Shown here: piece after piece, positions 19,741 through 30,181 of the stretch
How the letters are laid out: each line of letters starts with the position of its first letter
Position numbering within the stretch: the first letter of the stretch is position 1
Assembly (NCBI GenBank): GCA_029941115.1
Contig: JAPYRK010000002.1
Coordinates: forward strand, 37,298-101,297
DNA from: Dehalococcoidia bacterium
GTDB taxonomy: Bacteria; Chloroflexota; Dehalococcoidia; UBA2979
Reading direction: 5' to 3'
Length of the DNA: 64,000 nucleotides
Position numbers and translations under genes: made by a program
The notes under the pieces: generated by a model
The model's input: only the letters and a program-made list of their open reading frames with translations
Told to the model about the DNA's origin: nothing
Databases searched by the model: none

Positions 19741-21012
19741 TTAAACCATATCTCTTAAAACCAAAACCGAATTTTGCCCCCCGAACCCGAATGAATTATT
19801 AATAACAATGCTCGACTCCATATCACGTGCTTGATGAGGCACATAATCTAAATCGCACTCCCGATCCGGATTCTCAAGGTTAATAGTTGGCGGAACGATA
19901 GAGTGCCTGAGGCCTTCTATTAAAGCGATAGTCTCCACGGCCCCACTAGCCGCCAACATATGGCCCGTCATAGATTTAGCTGCGTAGACTGGTATATCCG
20001 TCACATGTTCATGAAATACCGAGTGTAATGCCCGAGTCTCCGCAATATCTCCGACGCCCGTGGATGTCGCGTGTGCCGAAATTACATCAATATCTTGAGG
20101 ATTTATTCTCGCACTCTCCAACGCCAACCCAATAGCTCTGGCTGCTCCCGTCCCGTTCTCAGCTGGCGCCACCAAAAAACTTGCGTCAGATGAGCACCCA
20201 AATCCGATTATTTCCGCTAGTGGCTCTGCTCCCCGTTGTCGTGCGTGAGCAAGAGACTCAAGAACAAGAATGGCAGCTCCCTCTGCAGGTACAAATCCAG
20301 ATCGGTCCTTATCGAATGGTCTTGATCCTTTGGTTGGATTATCATTAAAACCCAATGACACAGCCTTCATAGCTGAAAATCCCGCCAAGCCAAGCTGGCT
20401 AATTCCTGCCTCCGCGCCTCCCGCAAGCATCACGTCGCATGAGCCACGCTTAATTATTTCAAAAGCCTCCCCCAAAGCTTGAGTGCCCGCCGCGCAGGCT
20501 GTAACCAGCGTGCCATTGTACCCAAGTAATCCAAATTCAATCGCGATATTGGCTCCAGCCATGTTGCCTAAACGTTTAGAAATATAAAAAGGATCAACTC
20601 GGCCGGGGCCCTTAGAATGAATTGTCTCCATAGACCTCTGATCCTCGTCGATGCCACCACCGCCATTACCTATTATTACCCCGATCCTTTGTCGACTGGT
20701 TTCATCCATCTGAGATGTTTCAAGGCCAGCCTGCTCTAATGCCATGCGGCTGGCGCCTATCGCAATTTGCGAAAATCGAGCGATTCGTCTTCCAGTTTTT
20801 TTGTCCATGTATTTTGAATAATCAAAGTCTTTAATTTCGCCAGCTATTTGGCATTCATACCCCGAGGGATCGATCAAAGTCATCCTAGAGATACCTGACT
20901 GGCCAGAAATCAACGCTTCCCAAAATGATTCAACGTTGTTTCCCAACGGATTGAGTGTTCCCATTCCCGTCACAACTACACGCCCTGAATCATTATTACT
21001 GACCATACTCAT
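19741..21012 (-). CDS. beta-ketoacyl-ACP synthase II-like (third KAS paralog)
   Basis: Active-site Cys (TACAAGT) and the His-His pair (SAHATSTG, MTGHMLAASGA) are present; C-terminal GFGGQN. Confidence 0.8.
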   Translation of the reverse strand: MSMVSNNDSGRVVVTGMGTLNPLGNNVESFWEALISGQSGISRMTLIDPSGYECQIAGEIKDFDYSKYMDKKTGRRIARFSQIAIGASRMALEQAGLETSQMDETSRQRIGVIIGNGGGGIDEDQRSMETIHSKGPGRVDPFYISKRLGNMAGANIAIEFGLLGYNGTLVTACAAGTQALGEAFEIIKRGSCDVMLAGGAEAGISQLGLAGFSAMKAVSLGFNDNPTKGSRPFDKDRSGFVPAEGAAILVLESLAHARQRGAEPLAEIIGFGCSSDASFLVAPAENGTGAARAIGLALESARINPQDIDVISAHATSTGVGDIAETRALHSVFHEHVTDIPVYAAKSMTGHMLAASGAVETIALIEGLRHSIVPPTINLENPDRECDLDYVPHQARDMESSIVINNSFGFGGQNSVLVLRDMV

Positions 21013-21034
21013 AACTGCCTTCTTTTATTTAGAC

Positions 21035-21841
21035 TCACGCTTCATTATTTATATTGAGGAATTTCATGGCATTCTCACTTGTGAATTTTTTGATAAAAGC
21101 TTTGTCTGAAAGATTTGCTTTCACATCTCTAAGGTCCTTCAGCTGCGAGCGAAGAGGAAAGTCAGACCCCCAGCAAACAGAAGAATCGCCTATTATGGCC
21201 GGTATCAATTTATAAATATCTGGTGTGTACAAATATTGGCTTGCCGCTGAATCAAAAATAACTCGACCCGACGCTATCAGTGTCCGTACTTCCGGCATGA
21301 ACCCATAAAAAGGTAGACCGCCACCCCAGTGCGCGGCAATAACCCGCAGATTCGGATTGTTTATCAACAGAAGCCATAGCTCCCTTAATGATAAGCCGCC
21401 ACTCTTTCCCGGATACTCATGACCCACTTCCTCACTGACGTGAACCAGCACTACACCTTGAAGATCGGTCACTGAACCTAGATCAGTCCGTTGATTTTTT
21501 CGAAGTTCTCCAACACCGATAGTGAAATGGGGTGGATCGCTTGTTTGCATTGGTACGAACGGAATAATTCTCGAACCCAATGACTCCTGAGATTTCTCTC
21601 CAACCTCAGTCAAGTAATCAGTATGTTCTTGTGCCAGGGTGGCATCTGACCACCAAAACCCACACGCAACCGAAATATCCACCCCTGCGGTTGACATTGA
21701 ATCAAGCAAATCTTCAGCTGTTGCCATCTTGGCATTTGGATCAGCATAAATTTCGGCGAATTGCTTTTCCGTCTTCATAAGAGTCTTCCTCGCTTTAATA
21801 AAGCTTGGCGGAAAAATATGAGTATGTATGTCTATCAGCAT
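21035..21841 (-). CDS. amidohydrolase-2 family metal-dependent hydrolase/decarboxylase (ACMSD-like)
   Basis: IDIHTHIFP N-terminus, HWGGGLPF, CWGSDFPL. It sits directly upstream of the KAS paralog (22-nt gap). Confidence 0.6.
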   Translation of the reverse strand: MLIDIHTHIFPPSFIKARKTLMKTEKQFAEIYADPNAKMATAEDLLDSMSTAGVDISVACGFWWSDATLAQEHTDYLTEVGEKSQESLGSRIIPFVPMQTSDPPHFTIGVGELRKNQRTDLGSVTDLQGVVLVHVSEEVGHEYPGKSGGLSLRELWLLLINNPNLRVIAAHWGGGLPFYGFMPEVRTLIASGRVIFDSAASQYLYTPDIYKLIPAIIGDSSVCWGSDFPLRSQLKDLRDVKANLSDKAFIKKFTSENAMKFLNINNEA

Positions 21842-21927
21842 AGATCTACCTTACCCCCTCGACGGAAACGCTATTTATATCTTAGGATCTAACTAGGCGG
21901 GGTGCACGAGAGATCAGGTTCTGCACC

Positions 21928-22638
21928 ATGACAACACATGAAATAGCCGAAGTCGAGCAACCCGCTCTAGACTTCAAAGAAATCGCGACTAATAAACAGC
22001 GTACGCTTGTGCAGGCCATAGAGGCTATCTTGTTTGTTGCAAACGAACCTGTTGAAATAAGATCTCTTGCTCAAGCTCTTGAGAAGTCTCCAAAAACGGT
22101 GGCACTTTCAATAGAGCTACTCACAAAAGATCTTCGTAACTCCGCTCGAGGGATCCGCGTACAAAGTGGTCCGGATGGAATAACTCTGGTATCCGCGCCC
22201 GAGCAATCAAATCACATTGAACATTTTATGGGCTTAGCTGCGCATCGAAAGCTATCGAGGTCCGCGCTTGAAACCTTGTCAATTATTGCGTATCGCCAAC
22301 CCACAACCAGAGGTCAAATCGATGAAATCAGAGGTGTAGGATCAGATTCAGCTCTTGCAACATTGCGCCTCCGAGGTCTAGTTGAGCCAGCTGGTCGAGC
22401 GAGTGGGCCCGGAAGACCTCTTCTGTTTAAAACCACTCAAAAATTTTTGTCACACTTTGGCCTTGAAAAAGCAACAGATATGCCAAATTTACCTGACTTT
22501 ATTGAAATACCAATTTCAGAAATTGCGGAGCAATTGGGAATGGACGAATCGATAATTGGAAAGGTTATAGACGCCACTGAGGGATCGCTAACAGATCAGT
22601 CCCGGTCTAAATACGGGGAAGCGGCTGGCGGCGCTTAA
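21928..22638 (+). CDS. scpB: segregation and condensation protein B
   Basis: Two winged-helix repeats (AILFVANEPV..., LSRSALETLSIIAYRQPTTRGQIDEIRGV). Confidence 0.75.
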   Translation: MTTHEIAEVEQPALDFKEIATNKQRTLVQAIEAILFVANEPVEIRSLAQALEKSPKTVALSIELLTKDLRNSARGIRVQSGPDGITLVSAPEQSNHIEHFMGLAAHRKLSRSALETLSIIAYRQPTTRGQIDEIRGVGSDSALATLRLRGLVEPAGRASGPGRPLLFKTTQKFLSHFGLEKATDMPNLPDFIEIPISEIAEQLGMDESIIGKVIDATEGSLTDQSRSKYGEAAGGA

Positions 22639-22696
22639 ACCCCACCAACTCGCAAAACATCGCAATCGTATAAATCAAAAAAAGTCAGTTACATCA

Positions 22697-23980
22697 CTAC
22701 GACACGGACGAGATTGACTTTTGATCTCTATCTAAAGCGTTTACAAGAATTGACATGTTCCCTGGGGCATGCCGATTCTCCATCATTGCTTGATGTGCCT
22801 CACCTATTTGACCAAACTGATACACATCCGATAAAACTGGATCTACCAAACCGGAAATAACCATCTCATTTAGATCTGAACATTCTTCAGTCGTCGCGAA
22901 ATGTGATCCTTGCAACCGCTTCTGACGCATCCAAAGATAGCGCAAGTCTACGTCAGCGTTATACCCTGTCGTACCGGCACAGATAACAACCATCCCACCG
23001 TTGTCACACAGGAACACGGACGTAGGAATCGTTCCTTCACCAGGATGCTCAAATACAATCTTCGGCGATCTCCTGTCGCCCAATGCCTCCCAAAATTTCT
23101 TCCCGAACGCACGAACCCCTTGCATCCATTTTCCAAATGCTTCAGCATCATCAACATCTGGTAAACGACCCCAATGGGTAAACTCTGGATCTTTTCTGTT
23201 AATAACACCATGCGCGCCCAGCTTGTAACACATATCGTACTTGCTCTCATCTGATACAACTGCTATCGGGATTCCGCCTTTGGCCTTGACGATTTGTAAC
23301 GCCATTACTCCTAATCCACCAGTCGCTCCCCACACCAACACTGGATCACCTTCATTAACGACGTGTGGCTCCCAAGAGAGCAACTGCCGATACGCAGTTG
23401 CGCCAACTAACATGTATGCGCTTGCCGCCGCCCAAGTGTGCTGAGGGGGCTTTGGAAAACACTGATAGTGATCGACCAATGCGAACTGGGCAAAAGACCC
23501 ATAATTCTGTTCGTAGCCCCATATTTTAAAAGTTGGTGAAAATGCCGGATTTCCACCCGATACGATATCGGGGTCGTTTTCATCCCAGCTACCACATGAC
23601 AAGACAACTTCATCACCGACCTTCACAGATGAAACTGAATCACCGACCGCCCAAACAATTCCAGACGCATCTGAACCACCAATATGAAAATCTTCTTCAG
23701 CCCCTTGCTTCTTTCGTGCACCGATTACATCTACCGGAGTTCCCAAAGCCGCCCACACATTGTTGTAGTTGACGCCAGCAGCCATGACCCAGACAAGAAC
23801 CTGATTAGATTCTGGTGAAGGGACATCTACAACCTCCACTTCAAATGCGTCAGAAGGATCTCCAAACCGGTCTGGTCTTATCAATGACGCGTACATCTGC
23901 TTCGGTACATGACCTAATGGAGGTGTTTCACCAAGCTCGTATAAATCCTTAGTTTCAGTCATCATTCCTCCAAGACTCAT
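22697..23980 (-). CDS. ccr: crotonyl-CoA carboxylase/reductase family enoyl-CoA reductase
   Basis: N-terminus [26 protein letters not shown]...[16 protein letters not shown] and the MDR nucleotide fold GATGGLG; about 430 aa, typical of CCR. Confidence 0.7.
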   Translation of the reverse strand: MSLGGMMTETKDLYELGETPPLGHVPKQMYASLIRPDRFGDPSDAFEVEVVDVPSPESNQVLVWVMAAGVNYNNVWAALGTPVDVIGARKKQGAEEDFHIGGSDASGIVWAVGDSVSSVKVGDEVVLSCGSWDENDPDIVSGGNPAFSPTFKIWGYEQNYGSFAQFALVDHYQCFPKPPQHTWAAASAYMLVGATAYRQLLSWEPHVVNEGDPVLVWGATGGLGVMALQIVKAKGGIPIAVVSDESKYDMCYKLGAHGVINRKDPEFTHWGRLPDVDDAEAFGKWMQGVRAFGKKFWEALGDRRSPKIVFEHPGEGTIPTSVFLCDNGGMVVICAGTTGYNADVDLRYLWMRQKRLQGSHFATTEECSDLNEMVISGLVDPVLSDVYQFGQIGEAHQAMMENRHAPGNMSILVNALDRDQKSISSVS

Positions 23981-24017
23981 CGATTCGAAATAAATCTTTT
24001 ATCTCCTAGTTTATTTT

Positions 24018-26342
24018 TTATAACTGTACAGCACGATAAACGGCCTCGCGCACAGGCGCTAGATCTAAGTCGGATTCCAATTTATTCTCAAGTTTAGACA
24101 GATAAAAAATATCAACTACCTGGTTACCAATCGTGTCCACTTTTGCGAGATGAATGTTGAGCTCGAGACCTGACAAAGCTTTAGTTATTTGATACAGAAG
24201 AGTTGGCCGATCCCTAACGCTCACCTCCAGAATTGTATATTGCTCTGAACTGGAGTTATCGAAGTCTATATTCACCTGCAACTCATCGAAGTAAGTGTTT
24301 TGGTACCTAGCCAAAACTTCGTCCACCCGTTGCTCAATGTTAGTAACCATCCCAGCATCTCGTGGAAATTCGTCAAATAATCGATCCCAACGAGTGTGGT
24401 CAATTTCATAACCGAGTGCATCAGATACGTGCCATACCTGAATTGCCAGGCCATCGTCACGCGTGTGTGCAACTCCAGAAAGGACACTCATATTAAAACC
24501 GGCCAATAGGCCAGCGATATCACGGAGTAGACCGGTTCTATCCCGAGAGACAATACTAAACTCATATACATCGCCCAAGGATTCGTACTTCAGTGATACT
24601 TGTCCGGCGGAACTAAACAAGTCATTAATCTGAATGATGTGTTGCGCAATTAATTCAGATCTAGTTCCAAATAAATAACTCTCATCCACCAAATTTATAT
24701 GGCTCTCGATAGTGGCAGAATCGTAAAAATTAGCTAGATAGGTCTTTACCTGAAGTAATCGTTCCGCAAGTTGTGAAGAACCATCAATTTCGAAATATGC
24801 CACGACTCGCTTGTAAAGAGCTGAAATCAGTTGAGCTCTCCATTGATTCCATGCCTTTCCACCCGTGGCACGAGCATCAGCCGCAGTGACTAAATAAACT
24901 AATTGCAGCGTTGGAAGATCGACAAGTTGGCTCGCCACATCAGCAACCACTGACTCATCTGAAATATCTCTACGAGTCGCGGTCTCAGGCAAAAGGAGAT
25001 GGTGTCGAACGGCTCTCACTATTCGATCACTCGCCGCAGCAGGAATCTTAAATCGCTTGCATATCGTTTCCGCAAACTCAGCTCCCAAAGGACTGTGTGT
25101 TGAACCTCTACCTTTGCCTATGTCATGCAGAAGAGACGCTATAAGAAATTCGTATGAATTTTCTTGCTTGTTGTATATATCCTGAAGAGACTTATCAAAC
25201 TCGTCTCCGTTCTCAATAATCCAATATGCCTCTAAAACCGCTCTAGCGTTATGTACGTCAATTGGATGTGTATGAAAAGAAACTCTGTGCGGCCTCGCAC
25301 GCAAAGGTTCCCACTCTGGCAGTAACTCTGCCAAGTGGTCGTCTGTTGGAAGTGGCTCCAAATCACCTTTATCCATCCGCCGTTTCATTCGATCTATTCC
25401 TCCCAAAAACACATCAAGACTAGGCTCTTGTCCAATCACAAACCCATCCTTCGAACCTAATTCAGTAACAGTCGTTTTGACTCTTAATAAATTAGAAAGG
25501 TATAAATCGACATCTCGCATAGCAGAAAATAAATGCCGTTGCCACTGAACAATATCGACTTGTAACCAATCACTGACTCGCGGTGCTATATCAGGATGAA
25601 GTAAATTAACTGTCCTTGACGAACTACGGTGCTGAGCGTGAAGGGCATTTCGAGTAGCCAAAAGAACTTCGCGAGCATTGCTAAGGGTCGTTAAATGATG
25701 GCTGTCTACCTGCAACTCAGGATTAATATAGTTCTGAATTGAATGAATCCAGTTTATTGAACTAAGAGTCCGCAGGCCCCCTCGGCCAGACTTAATATCG
25801 ATCGCTAAAGTTTGCCAGGGTTCACTGTCGCGTTGAATTTTATACCGCCTGTTCAACTCATCAATAAAAGCTTGTCCATGGACACGCATTATGCGCGATC
25901 TTTCATGAAGGAAAGATTGCCAAAGGTCTTCTGAGCCAGCGATAAATCTTGCATCAACTAGAGAGGTAGCTGTTTCTACGCTCTCTAACGATTGATGCTC
26001 CAAATCCTCAATTTCCCGTACTGAATATCCGAGCTTAAAATTAGCGTCCCACAAAGGATATAAAACTTTTGCCGCAGACTCGGTTGAATCTTTATGGGCC
26101 AAAATCATCAAGTCAATATCGGAAAAACGCGTCTCCTCAAATCGGGCGTTGCTTCCGTGCGCGATTAGGGCAAAAGTCTTTCTATTTGTCTCAGCTTCGG
26201 CTTCATCCACCACTGCCCTCAGGGCCTCATCTAAATATCGAGTAAGTTTGTCTGAGGCTTTGAGACCCGCTAGGTCTACAGATGTTGGTGAGTTTTCGTT
26301 TCTCAAATTTTGAAACTTTGCGAGTAATTCGCTGGAATGCAT
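24018..26342 (-). CDS. glnD: [protein-PII] uridylyl/adenylyltransferase
   Basis: Nucleotidyltransferase motif GSNARFEETRFSDIDL, HD domain, two C-terminal ACT domains; lies downstream of glnK. Confidence 0.85.
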   Translation of the reverse strand: MHSSELLAKFQNLRNENSPTSVDLAGLKASDKLTRYLDEALRAVVDEAEAETNRKTFALIAHGSNARFEETRFSDIDLMILAHKDSTESAAKVLYPLWDANFKLGYSVREIEDLEHQSLESVETATSLVDARFIAGSEDLWQSFLHERSRIMRVHGQAFIDELNRRYKIQRDSEPWQTLAIDIKSGRGGLRTLSSINWIHSIQNYINPELQVDSHHLTTLSNAREVLLATRNALHAQHRSSSRTVNLLHPDIAPRVSDWLQVDIVQWQRHLFSAMRDVDLYLSNLLRVKTTVTELGSKDGFVIGQEPSLDVFLGGIDRMKRRMDKGDLEPLPTDDHLAELLPEWEPLRARPHRVSFHTHPIDVHNARAVLEAYWIIENGDEFDKSLQDIYNKQENSYEFLIASLLHDIGKGRGSTHSPLGAEFAETICKRFKIPAAASDRIVRAVRHHLLLPETATRRDISDESVVADVASQLVDLPTLQLVYLVTAADARATGGKAWNQWRAQLISALYKRVVAYFEIDGSSQLAERLLQVKTYLANFYDSATIESHINLVDESYLFGTRSELIAQHIIQINDLFSSAGQVSLKYESLGDVYEFSIVSRDRTGLLRDIAGLLAGFNMSVLSGVAHTRDDGLAIQVWHVSDALGYEIDHTRWDRLFDEFPRDAGMVTNIEQRVDEVLARYQNTYFDELQVNIDFDNSSSEQYTILEVSVRDRPTLLYQITKALSGLELNIHLAKVDTIGNQVVDIFYLSKLENKLESDLDLAPVREAVYRAVQL

Positions 26343-26420
26343 TATGAGCTCAGATCTCTTATAAATCTAAATAGTCAGTGTTAAGTTTAGTAGAAATAAA
26401 GCCGCTTCAGGCCGAGCTGA

Positions 26421-26759
26421 CTAAACTGCATCCTCGCCTCGCTCACCAGTTCTTATTCGTACTACATCCTCTACATCAAGGATTAGTACTTTCCCATCGC
26501 CTATTGACCCAGTATGGACGACTTCCTCAATCATGCTCATCGTCTCCGGCGCCATGATGTCATCAATCAAAATCTCAATACGCACTTTTTGAACTAGATC
26601 AACCTCGTACTCCGCACCACGATAGATCTCTTCGTGTCCAGCTTGCCGGCCAAATCCTTGAGCTTCTACCACGGTGAGACCACTAATCTCAGTGTTCTTA
26701 ACGGCTTCGACTATGTCGTCTACTCGGTAGGGATTGACGTAAGCTAATACAAGTTTCAT
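26421..26759 (-). CDS. glnK: nitrogen regulatory protein P-II
   Basis: 112 aa; GFGRQAGHEEIYRGAEY T-loop with Tyr51 context; RIRTGE C-terminus. Confidence 0.9.
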   Translation of the reverse strand: MKLVLAYVNPYRVDDIVEAVKNTEISGLTVVEAQGFGRQAGHEEIYRGAEYEVDLVQKVRIEILIDDIMAPETMSMIEEVVHTGSIGDGKVLILDVEDVVRIRTGERGEDAV

Positions 26760-26789
26760 TTACATCAATCCCCGCCGAAACAAAAGTAG

Positions 26790-28013
26790 TTATTCCGTCA
26801 GGAGGTATCCTTGCTCATTGTGTAAGCTGATGTCCAGTCCCTGTCGTTCCTCTTCTTCGGTAACCCTTAACCCAATGCACTTATCAATTAATAAAGCAAG
26901 TATAGCCGTCAACGCCCCGGTCCAAACAATGGTGATCACAACCGCTATAACTTGTTTAACTAATTGACTTCCGCCGGCAACGTCACCGACAGCCAAAACC
27001 CCGAGGAGTACGGATCCAATAATTCCGCCTACTAAGTGCACCGCAACCACATCAAGTGAATCATCAAACTTAAATATTGCTTTAAGTCTCAAAGCATAGA
27101 AACATACCACACCAGCCACTGCACCGATAACTAGGGCACCAAGAGGATCTACAAACCCTGCTGCTGGTGTAATCGCTACAAGTCCGGCAACAGCTCCTGA
27201 TGCAAATCCAAGCGTTGTAGCATGGCCTTGTACCATTTTCTCAACAAGCAACCATACGGTTGCAGCCGTTCCTGCAGCAACCTGTGTCGCCATGAATGCG
27301 TCTGCGGCGGCCTGATCAGCAGCTAAGGCAGAGCCCGCATTGAAGCCAAACCAACCAAACCACAGCAAGCCGGCTCCGATTAATGTCAATGGCAGCGAAT
27401 GCGGTCTAATAGCGCTCGTTCCGTAACCAAGTCTTGGTCCGATCATTATTGCTAGCACTAAAGCCGCAACACCGGCATTTATATGCACAACCAGTCCACC
27501 CGCAAAGTCCAGCGCTCCGAGATTCTCTCCAATATATCCACCGCCCCATACTGCCGTCGCGAGTGGCACGTACACCACGATTGACCAAAGAATAATGAAG
27601 AGTGTCCATGCGCCAAACTTCATTCGTTCAGCTACGGCTCCCACAATCAGGGCAGGAGTGATAATTGCAAACATGAGCTGAAACATCATGAACGCGGAAT
27701 TCGGAATTCCCCCCACAATACTCTCAGTACCGGGCAAATCAATTCCACGAAGTCCGAAATAATCCAAATTACCAAGGATCGTCGTACCAGAAATTTCTAA
27801 TGCACTGCCACCAATTAGGTGGCCAAATGCTAACGACCCCCCAATTAGGGTCCAAACAATGGTGATGACTCCCATGGCAATATAATTCTTCAGCAACATT
27901 GCTAAAATATTCTTACCCCGAACCATTCCTCCATAAAAAAGTGCAAGACCAGGTGTCATTAATAACACCAACGCACTACTCGTCAAAATCCAAGCTGTTG
28001 CTCCACTATCCAC
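26790..28013 (-). CDS. amt: ammonium transporter
   Basis: 407 aa, 11-12 TM helices, Amt signatures; upstream of glnK-glnD. Confidence 0.9.
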   Translation of the reverse strand: MDSGATAWILTSSALVLLMTPGLALFYGGMVRGKNILAMLLKNYIAMGVITIVWTLIGGSLAFGHLIGGSALEISGTTILGNLDYFGLRGIDLPGTESIVGGIPNSAFMMFQLMFAIITPALIVGAVAERMKFGAWTLFIILWSIVVYVPLATAVWGGGYIGENLGALDFAGGLVVHINAGVAALVLAIMIGPRLGYGTSAIRPHSLPLTLIGAGLLWFGWFGFNAGSALAADQAAADAFMATQVAAGTAATVWLLVEKMVQGHATTLGFASGAVAGLVAITPAAGFVDPLGALVIGAVAGVVCFYALRLKAIFKFDDSLDVVAVHLVGGIIGSVLLGVLAVGDVAGGSQLVKQVIAVVITIVWTGALTAILALLIDKCIGLRVTEEEERQGLDISLHNEQGYLLTE

Positions 28014-28094
28014 TAGTAAAACCCCTCTCTCTTTGAATCAGTCGCAAAATTAACTTACGGCTCATCAATAAGTACTCTCTAAGGATCTATCGAA

Positions 28095-28114
28095 ATTATT
28101 ACAAATATATTACA
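28095..28114. promoter_or_regulatory. tandem direct repeat TATTACAAA-N2-TATTACAAA (11-bp phasing) in the amt upstream region
   Basis: Seen directly at 28095-28103 and 28106-28114, about 85 bp upstream of the amt start. One-helical-turn spacing suggests a dimeric or response-regulator binding site. Confidence 0.3.
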
Positions 28115-28202
28115 AAATAAAGAAAGTTCAGTGAAATGTATCTTGCGCCTAGGTAACCCTGCCCTTTTGCAGGTCAATGCAAAAACCGGTGCGATAGATT
28201 TA

Positions 28203-29060
28203 TTAATAATTGGAAACGAGTATCTCTTTAATCTTAGATCGACCCATTTTATCTGAATTAATAGATCGTCGAGCCTCGACCTCAGATATTGCATAATCTC
28301 TCAGCGCACCGTCAAATAGCCCACGAATATAATCATGCGCTGAGTTAGAGAGCAAAAATTTGACTGCATGATCACCGAGCCAGTCGCAAACCGATCTCAA
28401 GCGAATCTGCTCAGTCCGGCCAAAGCCGCCTGGGTTATACGAGGTGAACGAAGAAGTTGCCGATAAAGGTTCAAATGGGGGATCAAAATAAACAAAATCA
28501 TTCTTCGATAGATTAGCGAAACATTCCACGTAATCACCGTTAAAAATTTCCGTCCTATTAAGTAAGTGTGAGGCTGTCTTCAGGATTCCCTCGTTTACAA
28601 TTTTTGGATTCTTATATCGACCGTGCGGGACATTAAATTCTCCTTTTCGGTTTACACGATAAAGGCCATTAAAGCATGTCTTATTTAGAAACAGAAATCG
28701 GACTACCCGATCAATTACTGTTTCATATTCAGTCGCGCGTTGTTCATAATAAAAATTTGACCGATCTGTCTCGTCTCGTGATAAATATGCTGACTCGACT
28801 ACTGCCAACTTCTCGAGTAATTCATCTAATTGGTTACGGACCACAACGAAAGAATCCATCAGAATTGTATTCGAATCATTAAGCACGACTCGTTCAGGTG
28901 GTGATTCCCGATCAAGAAGCGCGAATGTAAGCGCAGCTCCCCCACACATTGGCTCATAAAAAGTAGCTATTTCCATTGGTGCACGCATAAGAAGTTCAGG
29001 CAAAAGTTGCGTTTTCCCACCTGCCCATTTCAAAAATGGTCGACCGGCTTTATCTGTCAT
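28203..29060 (-). CDS. DNA adenine methyltransferase (Dam/D12 class N6-MTase)
   Basis: FLKWAGGK (motif I), PMCGGAALTF, DPPF (motif IV). Confidence 0.8.
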   Translation of the reverse strand: MTDKAGRPFLKWAGGKTQLLPELLMRAPMEIATFYEPMCGGAALTFALLDRESPPERVVLNDSNTILMDSFVVVRNQLDELLEKLAVVESAYLSRDETDRSNFYYEQRATEYETVIDRVVRFLFLNKTCFNGLYRVNRKGEFNVPHGRYKNPKIVNEGILKTASHLLNRTEIFNGDYVECFANLSKNDFVYFDPPFEPLSATSSFTSYNPGGFGRTEQIRLRSVCDWLGDHAVKFLLSNSAHDYIRGLFDGALRDYAISEVEARRSINSDKMGRSKIKEILVSNY

Positions 29061-29066
29061 GGCTAA

Positions 29067-30134
29067 TCAGAAAGACTGCAAAGGAGAAACTCCGACACTT
29101 GTCGCAGCCTCAGTTATCTGTTTCCAAGTCTCATCATCCACCGGAATACCTAAGCCAAGCCTCTCATTCATCCGTATTCTTTCGGGTTCTCCCGCCGTAA
29201 GAACTTCGGTGAAGTTCTCCGCATAGGGAGGTTCCTTAACAAACTCTAACAATTCCGATACCTCTTGTTTCCAGTCTTCAGGATCAAGGAAATTCGCAAT
29301 GTTGATCGCCATCAACCAAGTACCGTTGGTACCTCGTACCGCCTTTTTGGCTGACCCTGACCCTGATAATATTCCGCCGAGCGCTTCCATAGCCAAGCTG
29401 AGTCCAAAGCCTTTGTACCCGCTGAGTAATCCCCCGAATGGAAGGAGCGCGCCACGCTTCTCGTTGTCTCCTGTCCCATAAAGGTCATTCGGATCCACAG
29501 TCGCCTTACCATCACCGTCTATCAATACACCTTCTGGTACCGTCACTCCTTTGTTAACTGCAACCTTCATCTTGCCCTCAGCCAGTACTGAAGTCGCCAT
29601 ATCGAGTACGAAAGGGGCGTCTACCCTATCCGTGGGCAACGCAAACATGATTGGATTAGTCGCTACTCTTCGGTGGCCACCTCCATATGACGCAACTATC
29701 TGACCGCCGGGCACGTTTACACCAGCCATACCGATCATGTCAGCTCTACAGGCGATTTCGCCGTAGTGACCCAATCGGCCGATATGACCGGTACCTCTGA
29801 CCGTAATTAAACCAATACCACTTGCCGTGGCTTTTTCAATAGCCAGATGCATCCCGTGATGTGCAGCCACCTGGCCAAGATTCATACCCCCATCTGTGAC
29901 CGCTGTAGACGGGGTCTCTTTTATAATTTCAAAAGTCGCTCCCGCTGTAAAGCGCTTTTCCATTAAGCCAGTCACATAACCAAGTGTCCTAATGATGCCG
30001 TGGGAATCATGTCCGCGAAGATTGGCACCAACTAAGTGATCAGAAATTATCTCGGCGTCACCAGCCGGACACCCAGCCGCTTGAAAAATTTTTTGGATGT
30101 ACTCCCTGAGAACTAACGCATTGATTGTAATCAT
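29067..30134 (-). CDS. Ldh_2 family malate/L-lactate/sulfolactate-type dehydrogenase
   Basis: GHDSHG and GHIGRLGHY motifs typical of PF02615 enzymes. Confidence 0.7.
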   Translation of the reverse strand: MITINALVLREYIQKIFQAAGCPAGDAEIISDHLVGANLRGHDSHGIIRTLGYVTGLMEKRFTAGATFEIIKETPSTAVTDGGMNLGQVAAHHGMHLAIEKATASGIGLITVRGTGHIGRLGHYGEIACRADMIGMAGVNVPGGQIVASYGGGHRRVATNPIMFALPTDRVDAPFVLDMATSVLAEGKMKVAVNKGVTVPEGVLIDGDGKATVDPNDLYGTGDNEKRGALLPFGGLLSGYKGFGLSLAMEALGGILSGSGSAKKAVRGTNGTWLMAINIANFLDPEDWKQEVSELLEFVKEPPYAENFTEVLTAGEPERIRMNERLGLGIPVDDETWKQITEAATSVGVSPLQSF

Positions 30135-30181
30135 CTAAAAAATCTCCCTTGATTCCACATTCGTTTCTCAAATCTAAATTC

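Noticed and set aside
28141-28200. Possible sigma-54 (-24/-12) promoter upstream of amt (GCAC...TTGCA on the coding strand)
   Set aside because: The GG/GC element spacing is off by 2 nt, and the -24 box matches only 5 of 6 with the critical GG disrupted. It is not convincing.
28079-28294. 71-aa ORF overlapping the 3' end of the Dam gene and the amt upstream region
   Set aside because: It overlaps a well-supported CDS and the regulatory region, and has no RBS or homology signal. It is treated as spurious.
28203-29060. Dam methyltransferase as part of a restriction-modification system
   Set aside because: No endonuclease, specificity-subunit or helicase genes are on either side. It is flanked by metabolic and nitrogen genes, so it is classified as an orphan MTase.
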